Position numbers and translations under genes: made by a program. 64,000 nucleotides of DNA, taken from Candidatus Saccharimonadales bacterium (GTDB lineage Bacteria; Patescibacteriota; Saccharimonadia; Saccharimonadales; SZUA-47). Positions 43,874 to 52,088 of this stretch are shown piece after piece. The notes under the pieces were generated by a model that did not search any database, had not been told where the DNA came from, and was given only the letters and a program-made list of their open reading frames with translations. Position 1 is the stretch's first letter. Each line of letters opens with the position of its first letter. Location: assembly GCA_038211855.1 (NCBI GenBank), contig JBBQVE010000004.1, forward strand, positions 867-64,866, given 5' to 3'.

Positions 43874-44218
43874 ATGAAGATGCCTTCAAAATCCAATCGA
43901 TTCAAAAACTACGACGAGCACTATGTCCGCTACGCGGAAGCTAGTCTAGTTGGCCGTACTGCTCATGATGCACTACGACTAGACCGCTCGCGTGAGCTCG
44001 GTGCAGCCACGATTATTAAGGATATACGTCATAAACAGATTATGTTAGATATCATAAATATTCAGCCAAAGATGACTGGTATGACGAGCACTGAATTCAT
44101 TACTCTATACCGTAGTCGCGTTGATGAGCTTGATGTTCTGGCGCAACTTGCCATTTATCGAACTGAATTAGATTTTCCCGAACATACCTATGGCCTGACC
44201 GACGTTATAGAGTTGTAA
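43874..44218 (+). CDS. Hypothetical protein (114 aa)
   Basis: The ORF is preceded by an AT-rich TATATAAT region. No motif. Confidence 0.4.
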   Translation: MKMPSKSNRFKNYDEHYVRYAEASLVGRTAHDALRLDRSRELGAATIIKDIRHKQIMLDIINIQPKMTGMTSTEFITLYRSRVDELDVLAQLAIYRTELDFPEHTYGLTDVIEL

Positions 44219-44235
44219 AAAACGGATGTAAAAGG

Positions 44236-44241
44236 TATAAT
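44236..44241 (+). promoter_or_regulatory. -10 box TATAAT upstream of tRNA-His
   Basis: GGTATAAT lies 16 nt before the tRNA. Confidence 0.45.
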
Positions 44242-44257
44242 CCAATCTGTTATTTAT

Positions 44258-44335
44258 GGCGAACTTAGCTCAGTTGGTTAGAGCGCCGGGTTGTGGTTCC
44301 GGAGGTCGTGGGTTCGATCCCCATAGTTCGCCCCA
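44258..44335 (+). tRNA. tRNA-His (anticodon GTG) with encoded G-1
   Basis: G-1 followed by GCGAACT/AGTTCGC. C73 lies opposite G-1. The anticodon loop is TTGTGGT and the T-loop is TTCGATC. CCA is encoded. Confidence 0.85.
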
Positions 44336-44337
44336 AC

Positions 44338-44368
44338 AAAAAAATCCCCCTGCAAAGAGGGATTTTTT
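44338..44368 (+). terminator. Rho-independent terminator
   Basis: AAAAAATCCC-cctgcaaaga-GGGATTTTTT. Confidence 0.65.
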
Positions 44369-44556
44369 AGTTGAGTTACTTTTGCATTACACCCACGTGC
44401 GCGACTGATTCGCATGTTAATTTGACTTTTTATAACACTTATGCTAAAATGTAATTACATACATCGGTCTGATCCTCTCCAATTCAGGACTGACCACGGT
44501 AAAAGTGCCTCCTACTCTTCATTCTATTTGAATCAAACCTAACAAGAAAGTCCATT

Positions 44557-45426
44557 ATGTGGATACTATATGCGCTGTTTAGCGCACTCTTTGCGGCCAC
44601 GCGTCGCACCAATGAAAAACAACTCACAGGCAAACTAAATCACTTTACGATTGCCTTTGCCGTACAACTTCTTTCACTGCCTGCCATCGGCATCGCCCTC
44701 CTGTTGCACGGCCATTACTTTAACCCTTTCCTTCTGGGATACAAATTTTGGCTTCCACTGATTGCCACAAGCATTGGTTTCTACCCTTTAAACGCTTACT
44801 TGTATTTGCAATCAATAAAACGCGCTGAACTTTCAAGTGTTTTACCAATCCAGAGTTTATGGCCTGCGTTCTCGCTCTTGCCCGCTTGGCTGACATTAGG
44901 CGAAACACCATCCGCCCTCGGTATAGTTGGTATCTTCATGACACTCTTGGGGGTATACGCGCTGGGACTCAAAGGGAGATCGCTGCACCATCCACTAAAA
45001 CCATTCCGTGAAAACAAGGCAAGCCGCTACATGCTTTTTGCCGTTGTGCTGGTTACTGCAGCAGGTGTCCTCGACAAGATTGCTATACGAGCTTCTGACG
45101 CGGTATTTTATAGCTTCACCAGCACAATCGGTGCGGTGATTGCACTGTACCTGACCATATATTTACTCAAAATTAATGAGTTTGGTAAACTTCGGAAATC
45201 GATACGTGAACTCAGTATCATCGGTTCCCTGCAGGGAGCAAGTTATACGACATATCTCTTAGCAGTTGGTGCTGGTCCTTTAGCGTACGTGTCTTCCGTC
45301 CGCTCAAGTAACGTGTTAATTGGATCAGTACTCGGCATTCTATTGCTCAAAGAAAAGCTCACTCGCGCTAAATTACTTTCTTTTGGTTTGATTGCCGCAG
45401 GGGCCATTCTGTTAGCCTTCAGCTAG
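44557..45426 (+). CDS. EamA/DMT-family transporter
   Basis: Ten TM helices in 289 aa, with a two-EamA-repeat layout. Confidence 0.6.
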   Translation: MWILYALFSALFAATRRTNEKQLTGKLNHFTIAFAVQLLSLPAIGIALLLHGHYFNPFLLGYKFWLPLIATSIGFYPLNAYLYLQSIKRAELSSVLPIQSLWPAFSLLPAWLTLGETPSALGIVGIFMTLLGVYALGLKGRSLHHPLKPFRENKASRYMLFAVVLVTAAGVLDKIAIRASDAVFYSFTSTIGAVIALYLTIYLLKINEFGKLRKSIRELSIIGSLQGASYTTYLLAVGAGPLAYVSSVRSSNVLIGSVLGILLLKEKLTRAKLLSFGLIAAGAILLAFS

Positions 45427-45459
45427 GATGAGAAGTTTCAAAGAGTTCGCCTCTGGCTG

Positions 45460-45465
45460 TACAAT
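45460..45465 (+). promoter_or_regulatory. -10 box TACAAT, 6 nt before ATG 45472
   Basis: TGTACAAT-AAGCAT-ATG. Confidence 0.45.
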
Positions 45466-45471
45466 AAGCAT

Positions 45472-46131
45472 ATGACTTTTAAGAAAATTGCTTCGACTGC
45501 GCCTGTTATCGAGTATCTGACCAAGACTATTTTAGAGGCTCTTGGCGAAGACAAGCGTGTGCTGTGGCTTGTGACCGGTGGTTCTGGTATTGCAATTGAT
45601 GCCGCTGTGAGCAAGGAGTTACTTGGCAAAGACCTGCACAATCTGATGGTGACTTTGACCGACGAACGTTTTGGACCAGTCGGACATCCTGACTCAAATT
45701 GGCAACAATTAAATGAAGCGGGATTCGATTTGAGTGGCGCACAAGTGATGCCGGTGCTCGGCGGTGAATCACAAGACGAAACTACCATTCGTTATGGTGA
45801 TACCGTCAAGCAACTCATGGAACAGGCCGATTTTAGCTTGGGATTCTTTGGCATGGGCCCTGACGGTCATATTGCTGGTAATCTACCAGGCAGCACATCC
45901 GTCACTAGCACAAACCTTGTTGAAGGTTATGAAGCAGGTCCTTTTATTCGTCTGACGATGACGCCTCTGGCAATCAGTCATCTCGATGAAATTGTCGTCT
46001 GCGCGATGGGTGAGTCAAAGCTGACGGCACTCGAAAATCTAAAGAAGGACCTGCCACTCATCGAGCAACCGGCTCAAATTATCAAACAAGTCTCAAAAGT
46101 AACCATCTTTAACGATCAGATTGGAGAATAA
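45472..46131 (+). CDS. pgl: 6-phosphogluconolactonase
   Basis: TGGSG, LTDERF and GMGPDGHIAG are present. Confidence 0.8.
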   Translation: MTFKKIASTAPVIEYLTKTILEALGEDKRVLWLVTGGSGIAIDAAVSKELLGKDLHNLMVTLTDERFGPVGHPDSNWQQLNEAGFDLSGAQVMPVLGGESQDETTIRYGDTVKQLMEQADFSLGFFGMGPDGHIAGNLPGSTSVTSTNLVEGYEAGPFIRLTMTPLAISHLDEIVVCAMGESKLTALENLKKDLPLIEQPAQIIKQVSKVTIFNDQIGE

Positions 46132-46133
46132 TC

Positions 46134-47039
46134 ATGAAAATAGCTATTATTGGCCTTGGGAAAATGGGCATGCAGATTGTACGCAAACTTGCTGAGGGTG
46201 AGCATGAAGTTATTGCTTACGACCAGTCTGTAGAAGCAATCCAAACAGCTGTTGGCTATGGTGCGTCGGCTGCAGCCAATGAACAGGCAGTTGTTGACGC
46301 GTTTGCTGGACAGCCGGCAACGATCTGGCTGATGATTCCCTCGGAATATGTTGATCAATCTCTTGAAAGCTGGTTAGCAATTCTACCCGCAGGCAGTGTG
46401 ATTATTGATGGTGGCAACTCAGATTTTCGACACACCAAAGAACGATCAGTCAAAACTGCAGCAGCTGGCGTCCAACTCGTCGATGTCGGTACGAGCGGCG
46501 GCGTCTGGGGTTACCAGAATGGCTTTTCGATGATGGCTGGCGGTGATAAAGCCGCCTATGATAGCGTTGAACCAGTTCTAAAAACGCTTGCCTTGCCCTC
46601 AGGTGCTTATAATTATTTTGGCCCAAGCGGCGCTGGTCACTACACAAAAATGGTCCATAACGCGATAGAATATGGCATGATGGAATCTTTGGCAGAAGGC
46701 TATCGCATGCTCAAAGAAGGTCCTTACGAAGGACTTGATCTGGCAGCTGCCGGGGAAGTCTGGCAGCACCATAGTGTGGTGACATCGTGGCTCAACGAAC
46801 TTGCCCAAGCCGCCGTGGCGGAAAATCCGGAGCTGGAAGGGATTGATGGCTTTGTTGCTGAATCTGGAGAAGCGCGCTGGACGTTAGAAGTCGCCAAAGA
46901 AAAAGGCATCGCCTTGCCGGCAATTCAGACAGCGTTCGATGTGCGCCTAGCTTCACAAACAGGCGATGTGAACTTCGCCACCAAGATGTTGGCAGCCATG
47001 CGCAACAAATTTGGTGGCCATCAAATCAATAAGTCATAA
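46134..47039 (+). CDS. gnd: 6-phosphogluconate dehydrogenase, short (about 300 aa) decarboxylating form
   Basis: MKIAIIGLGKMG is a Rossmann motif. GAGHYTKMVHNAIEYGMM is the Gnd signature. Confidence 0.85.
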   Translation: MKIAIIGLGKMGMQIVRKLAEGEHEVIAYDQSVEAIQTAVGYGASAAANEQAVVDAFAGQPATIWLMIPSEYVDQSLESWLAILPAGSVIIDGGNSDFRHTKERSVKTAAAGVQLVDVGTSGGVWGYQNGFSMMAGGDKAAYDSVEPVLKTLALPSGAYNYFGPSGAGHYTKMVHNAIEYGMMESLAEGYRMLKEGPYEGLDLAAAGEVWQHHSVVTSWLNELAQAAVAENPELEGIDGFVAESGEARWTLEVAKEKGIALPAIQTAFDVRLASQTGDVNFATKMLAAMRNKFGGHQINKS

Positions 47040-47060
47040 ACACACAGAGGGAGTCTTTAC

Positions 47061-48698
47061 TTGAAAGCTGCACAACTATTCGTCAAATCACTTGAAGCTG
47101 CTGGCATCATGCACATTTTTGGTGTGCCGGGTGAAGAAAATCTGGCCTTTGTTGAAGCAGTACGTGCATCGACAATTACACTTGTAACGACGCGTGATGA
47201 GCAGGCGGCAGTCTTTATGGCTGCAACCCTCGGTCGACTCACCGGTCGGACCGGCGTGGCGCTTTCTACGCTCGGACCAGGCGCCACAAACCTGGTGACG
47301 GGCGTTGCCTACGCCCAACTCGGCGGTATGCCTCTGCTCGTGATTACCGGACAAAAACCGATCAAAAAAAGTAAGCAGGGTAAGTTTCAGATCGTTGATG
47401 TCGTCGGTATGATGAAGCCGATTACCAAATTGGCTGAAACAATCGTCAGCGCCGACCGAATTCCGGCAAGCGTCTACCAAGCCATCCGCTGTGCCGAAAG
47501 TGAACGCCCTGGCGCTGTTCATATTGAGCTTCCGGAGGACGTCGCCGAAGAAGAAAGTGACAGCCAACCGATTGTGTGGCAGAAGACTCGACGCCCAGTG
47601 CCAGATGAAAAAAGCCTTCAAACACTTATTGAAGCTGTTAAATCTGCTGTGTCGCCTGTAGTCGTCATAGCTGCTGGTGCCAACCGCAAATTAATCGGTA
47701 AACAGCTCAAGAGCTTTATCGAGAAAACCGGCATTCCATTCGTCTCGACACAAATGGGTAAAGGCGTCGAAGATGAGGCGTCGGACTTATACCTCGGTAC
47801 GACTGCGCTGAGTAGCGATGATTTTGTGCATGGGGCTTTAAAAAACGCCGACCTTATCTTGATGCTTGGTCATGACATTACTGAGAAGCCGCCCGTCATT
47901 GCCGGACCTACCCAGAAGATTGTTCATTTGAACTTTTATCCAGCTGAAATCGACAGTGTCTATATACCCGACATCGAAGTTATCGGTGATATTTCGCATT
48001 CCTTGTGGGCACTCAGCGAGGCGGTCGACCCACAATCACATTGGAAGTTTGAAGCCTTCTTTGTCAGCAAACAAAAACAGTTGGCCGACACTCTCAATCA
48101 AGCAGATAGCGACAGTTTTCCAATCAAACCACAACGCTTCGTGCAAGACTTACGGGCAGCGGTCCCCCGTGACGGCATCCTGAGCCTCGATAATGGCATG
48201 TACAAAATCTGGATTGCACGCAACTACCCAGCATACGAACAAAACACCGTCTTGCTTGATAACGCGCTGGCTACGATGGGTGCCGGCCTACCCGTTGGTA
48301 TGGCGGCCAAACTGCATAATCCAGAAAAAAAAGTCGTGGTCGTTGCCGGTGACGGTGGCATTATGATGAACATTGCTGACCTCGAAACGGCAGTTCGTTT
48401 GCAGCTCGATCTGGTCGTTGTCATCGTCAACGATAATGGCTTTGGTATGATCAAATGGAAACAGGCCAGTATGGGACTGCAAGATTTTGGTCTAAGTTTT
48501 GGTAACCCTGATTTTGTGAAATTAGCCGAGAGCTTTGGGGCAACAGGCTATCGAATTGCCGCGAGTGCCGACTTCAAACCAACCCTTGAAGCTGCTCTGC
48601 AAAAACCAGGTGTCCATATTATTGAATTGCCCATCGACTATAGTGAAAATCAGACTTTAACGAGCGTCAATCTTAAAGCACGTACCAAGGAGGCTTAA
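47061..48698 (+). CDS. Thiamine-diphosphate enzyme (acetolactate synthase large subunit-like)
   Basis: TTG start. FGVPGEENLAFVEA is present, and GDGGIMMNIADLETAV is the ThDP GDG-x-N motif. Confidence 0.75.
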   Translation: MKAAQLFVKSLEAAGIMHIFGVPGEENLAFVEAVRASTITLVTTRDEQAAVFMAATLGRLTGRTGVALSTLGPGATNLVTGVAYAQLGGMPLLVITGQKPIKKSKQGKFQIVDVVGMMKPITKLAETIVSADRIPASVYQAIRCAESERPGAVHIELPEDVAEEESDSQPIVWQKTRRPVPDEKSLQTLIEAVKSAVSPVVVIAAGANRKLIGKQLKSFIEKTGIPFVSTQMGKGVEDEASDLYLGTTALSSDDFVHGALKNADLILMLGHDITEKPPVIAGPTQKIVHLNFYPAEIDSVYIPDIEVIGDISHSLWALSEAVDPQSHWKFEAFFVSKQKQLADTLNQADSDSFPIKPQRFVQDLRAAVPRDGILSLDNGMYKIWIARNYPAYEQNTVLLDNALATMGAGLPVGMAAKLHNPEKKVVVVAGDGGIMMNIADLETAVRLQLDLVVVIVNDNGFGMIKWKQASMGLQDFGLSFGNPDFVKLAESFGATGYRIAASADFKPTLEAALQKPGVHIIELPIDYSENQTLTSVNLKARTKEA

Positions 48699-48699
48699 C

Positions 48700-50067
48700 G
48701 TGGCACTGCAATCAGTCAATCCAGCAACCGAGGAAATCATTCAGAATTTTGCCGAACTATCCGCCGAACAGATAGAAGCTCAACTTGCGAAGTCTCAAGC
48801 TACTTTCGAAATGTGGCGCACGGTACCGATTGCCGAGCGAGCGATTAAGATGAAAAAAGCCGCCCAGATCTTACGTACAAGAAAATCAGAGATTGCTCAT
48901 ACTATGAGTTTGGAAGTCGGCAAAACTCGTGCTGCTGGCGAAGCTGAAGTCGAAAAATGCGCGCTAACGTGCGACTACTATGCGGACAACGCTGCTGATT
49001 TCTTAAAGCCAGAGGTCATTGTCACTGACGGTAGCGAAAGCTTTGTGCGGTTTGATCCGATTGGCATCGTACTGGCCGTCATGCCATGGAACTTCCCTTT
49101 CTGGCAGGTCTTCCGCTTTGTGGCTCCTGCCCTAATGGCAGGTAACGTCGGTGTGTTGAAGCATGCTTCAAATGTGCAAATGAGCGCTGCCCTAATTGAA
49201 GATGTTCTAACTGAAGCCGGTTTTGCCGAAGGCACGTTCTCGAACCTTGCCATTGGATCTGCCAAAGTCGAAGCCATTATCCGCGATCCACGCGTCAAAG
49301 CCGTAACGATCACCGGCAGCGAATACGCCGGTAGCCAAGTTGCAAAAACCGCTGGTGAAGAAATCAAAAAAACTGTCTTGGAACTGGGCGGCAGCGATCC
49401 ATTTATTATTCTGGCTGACGCCGACATCGATGCAGCAGCAGAGAGCGCAGTTTTAGCACGCTTGCAGGCCAATGCCGGCCAAAGCTGTATTGCCGCCAAG
49501 CGCTTTATCGTCGAAGCGCCAGTGGCGAAGGTGTTTAGTGCAAAACTAAAAGCAGCCGTCGAAAAACTCGTTGTTGGCGATCCGCTCGATGCCGCAACAA
49601 ACGTCGGACCACTCGCTAGTAAACAACAGCTTGATGATGTCACCAGGCAAGTGAATGACTCGGTGGCAAAAGGTGCCACACTGCTGTGCGGCGGCACACG
49701 ACAAGGCAAGAAAGGCTATTTCTATCTGCCAGCTGTCTTGACTGGTGTTAAAAAGGGGATGCCCGTCTACGACGAAGAAGTCTTTGGTCCTGCGCTGCCA
49801 GTCATCGTCGTGAAAGATGCCGATGAAGCAGTCATGGTTGCAAATGATTGTGACTACGGACTCGGCTCCACAATTTTTACAGCTGATGTCGAAAAAGGCA
49901 AAGCACTCGCTGAGCGCATTGAGTCTGGCTCAGTTTTCATTAATAGCCAAGTAAAATCTGATCCGCGGCTGCCCTTTGGTGGTGTCAAAAAATCCGGTTA
50001 TGGCCGCGAATTATCCCACTATGGCATCAAAGAATTCGTTAATATCAAGACAGTGTGGGTGAAATAG
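48700..50067 (+). CDS. NAD(P)-dependent aldehyde dehydrogenase (succinate-semialdehyde DH-like)
   Basis: VLELGGSDP and AGQSCIAAKR (catalytic Cys) are present. GTG start 2 nt after the upstream stop. Confidence 0.8.
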   Translation: MALQSVNPATEEIIQNFAELSAEQIEAQLAKSQATFEMWRTVPIAERAIKMKKAAQILRTRKSEIAHTMSLEVGKTRAAGEAEVEKCALTCDYYADNAADFLKPEVIVTDGSESFVRFDPIGIVLAVMPWNFPFWQVFRFVAPALMAGNVGVLKHASNVQMSAALIEDVLTEAGFAEGTFSNLAIGSAKVEAIIRDPRVKAVTITGSEYAGSQVAKTAGEEIKKTVLELGGSDPFIILADADIDAAAESAVLARLQANAGQSCIAAKRFIVEAPVAKVFSAKLKAAVEKLVVGDPLDAATNVGPLASKQQLDDVTRQVNDSVAKGATLLCGGTRQGKKGYFYLPAVLTGVKKGMPVYDEEVFGPALPVIVVKDADEAVMVANDCDYGLGSTIFTADVEKGKALAERIESGSVFINSQVKSDPRLPFGGVKKSGYGRELSHYGIKEFVNIKTVWVK

Positions 50068-51467
50068 TGGAGCCAACGATTCTGGTTATTTTCGGTATCA
50101 CCGGTGATCTTTCTAAGCGCTATTTGTTGCCTTCTTTATACCACTTAGTTGAACAGAATCTGCTGCACGAAAAAACCGAAATCATAGGGGTGACTCGCGG
50201 CGAACTCGCGCTCGATGAACTCCTCTCGACCGTGGAACTTTGCGTCAACAAAGTCGATGGCACGTGTGATCCAGTTACCGTTAACAAACTGCGGGATAAA
50301 CTAAAAATCCGACACATGGACGTGACGAAGCCCGAAGAATATGACGCTTTGCTAATTGACTTAAACAAACTCGAAGATGAGCATCAGGTACATATGAATC
50401 GACTCTATTATTTGTCGATCCCACCGACCACGGCCCAACCGATTATCACTTTTCTCGGGCAACATGGTTTAAATGCCAGCTGTCCGCATGGTGCTGCCAG
50501 CACGCGATTGCTTATCGAAAAACCATTCGGCTTCGACCTCACTTCTGCCCGTGAACTCATTGACACCACTTCAAAACATTTTGGTGAAGACCAAGTCTTT
50601 CGTATCGATCACTACCTCGCGAAAGAAACTGTCCAGAATATTTTGGCTGTGCGCTTCAACAATCCAATATTTGAGCCACTCTGGAATACCGCACACGTCG
50701 ATTATATTGAAGTGCTCGCTAATGAAAAACTTGGCATCGAAGGTCGTGTAAATTTCTATGAACAAACCGGGGCACTGCGCGATCTCATTCAAAGCCACTT
50801 ATTGCAAGTACTCGCGCTGGTCACGATGGAGCAGCCGGAGGTCGTAAATAGTGACACGATCCACGAGAATAAACTAGCGCTCATGAAACAGATGCAGGCG
50901 ATTCCGTCTGCAGACATTCACAAAGATAGCCTCCGCGGACAATACAAAAGCTATCGTGCTGAGGTCAACAATCCCGGCAGCACAGTCGAGACCTATCTTG
51001 CTCTACGTATGTACATCGAAAACGAACGCTGGCATGGTGTTCCAATGATCGTGCGTACTGGTAAGGCATTAACCGCCAAGCTAAGTGAAGTGAATATCGT
51101 CTTTAAGCCAACGACTGGTACACAGGAACATAACGTTCTGACGTTCCGCCTGCAGCCAAACGAAAGCCTCGAACTATCACTGAGAATCAAAAAACCTGGC
51201 TTCGATAATGAAGTCCAACCAGTCGAAATGGAGTTTGAATATAAGAGTGCGTTTTCGGGGACTTACACACCGACTGCTTATGAGCGCGTCTTGGTCGACG
51301 CCATTCGTGGTGATCACACTTTGTTTGCAACAGCCGGTGAAATCATCGAATCATGGCGTGTCGTGCAGCCCTTACTTGATGCTTGGAAAATGACCAGTAC
51401 GGATGTGCAGACGTATGATGATGGTACTTCTGGTCCAGACATCGCACAACTTTATTCTGCAGATTAG
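50055..51467 (+). CDS. zwf: Glucose-6-phosphate 1-dehydrogenase
   Basis: FGITGDLSKR, EKPFG and RIDHYLAKE are present. An alternative GTG start at 50067 overlaps the upstream TAG by 1 nt. Confidence 0.9.
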   Translation: MGEIVEPTILVIFGITGDLSKRYLLPSLYHLVEQNLLHEKTEIIGVTRGELALDELLSTVELCVNKVDGTCDPVTVNKLRDKLKIRHMDVTKPEEYDALLIDLNKLEDEHQVHMNRLYYLSIPPTTAQPIITFLGQHGLNASCPHGAASTRLLIEKPFGFDLTSARELIDTTSKHFGEDQVFRIDHYLAKETVQNILAVRFNNPIFEPLWNTAHVDYIEVLANEKLGIEGRVNFYEQTGALRDLIQSHLLQVLALVTMEQPEVVNSDTIHENKLALMKQMQAIPSADIHKDSLRGQYKSYRAEVNNPGSTVETYLALRMYIENERWHGVPMIVRTGKALTAKLSEVNIVFKPTTGTQEHNVLTFRLQPNESLELSLRIKKPGFDNEVQPVEMEFEYKSAFSGTYTPTAYERVLVDAIRGDHTLFATAGEIIESWRVVQPLLDAWKMTSTDVQTYDDGTSGPDIAQLYSAD

Positions 51468-52024
51468 CCGGTGAATGTCAGCTTTTCATAGATATCCGTA
51501 AAGGTTTCGTGCTCATAAAAACTGGTGCCGTATTTGGCTTTCAGTACTTTCTTTTTGCGGCCGTCGATCAAAAACGTCGCTGGTACCAAAAAGAATTCAC
51601 CATCAATTTTGGTCTGCTTAAAGCCATGCTGTTTGACAGCATGCACCCACGACGGTATGTGCGTAATGCTTTTTGCAAATGCAATCTTGGAGGTTTGGAC
51701 ATGATACTTGTCGTACACCGTCATGGCTGAATCAGCTATGATTGGAAATAGCGGTTTTTTGGCATGGCGCTCGTAGATATTCGCAATGATATGTTCGGAA
51801 TCAGACTGTACGAAGGCTATCACCTCACAGCCACTTTTTTTGAGAAGCGGATATTCCAGCGTCAAACGATGGATTGCTAAATTACACCAAGGACAGCCGG
51901 CATAGCGCAAAAAAACGACCAGCACCTTGCAGCGCCTATAATCGCTGAGGCTCACTTTATGGCCATTCACGTCTTTGACGGAAAAGTCAGGTGCTCGGTC
52001 TCCTACCAGTAAACGTTCTTTCAT
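51464..52024 (-). CDS. Peroxiredoxin-like / AhpC-TSA thioredoxin-fold protein
   Basis: DRAPDFSVKDVNG and AGCPWCN (CxxC) are present. Confidence 0.65.
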   Translation of the reverse strand: MKERLLVGDRAPDFSVKDVNGHKVSLSDYRRCKVLVVFLRYAGCPWCNLAIHRLTLEYPLLKKSGCEVIAFVQSDSEHIIANIYERHAKKPLFPIIADSAMTVYDKYHVQTSKIAFAKSITHIPSWVHAVKQHGFKQTKIDGEFFLVPATFLIDGRKKKVLKAKYGTSFYEHETFTDIYEKLTFTG

Positions 52025-52088
52025 ATATACCTAGTATACCTGTTTACGTTTTTACGCTATACTAACAGATAAGAATTGGAGAAAAAGT

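Noticed and set aside
48978-49709. Long antisense ORFs in the track (e.g. 48978..49709, 62710..63432, 53360..53899, 8878..9270, 18948..19472, 47088..47621, 36864..37169)
   Set aside because: They lie opposite strongly supported genes (ALDH, RNase Y, P-type ATPase, a secreted repeat protein, GH3, the ThDP enzyme). They have biased, low-complexity compositions (S/A/R/P-rich) typical of shadow frames.
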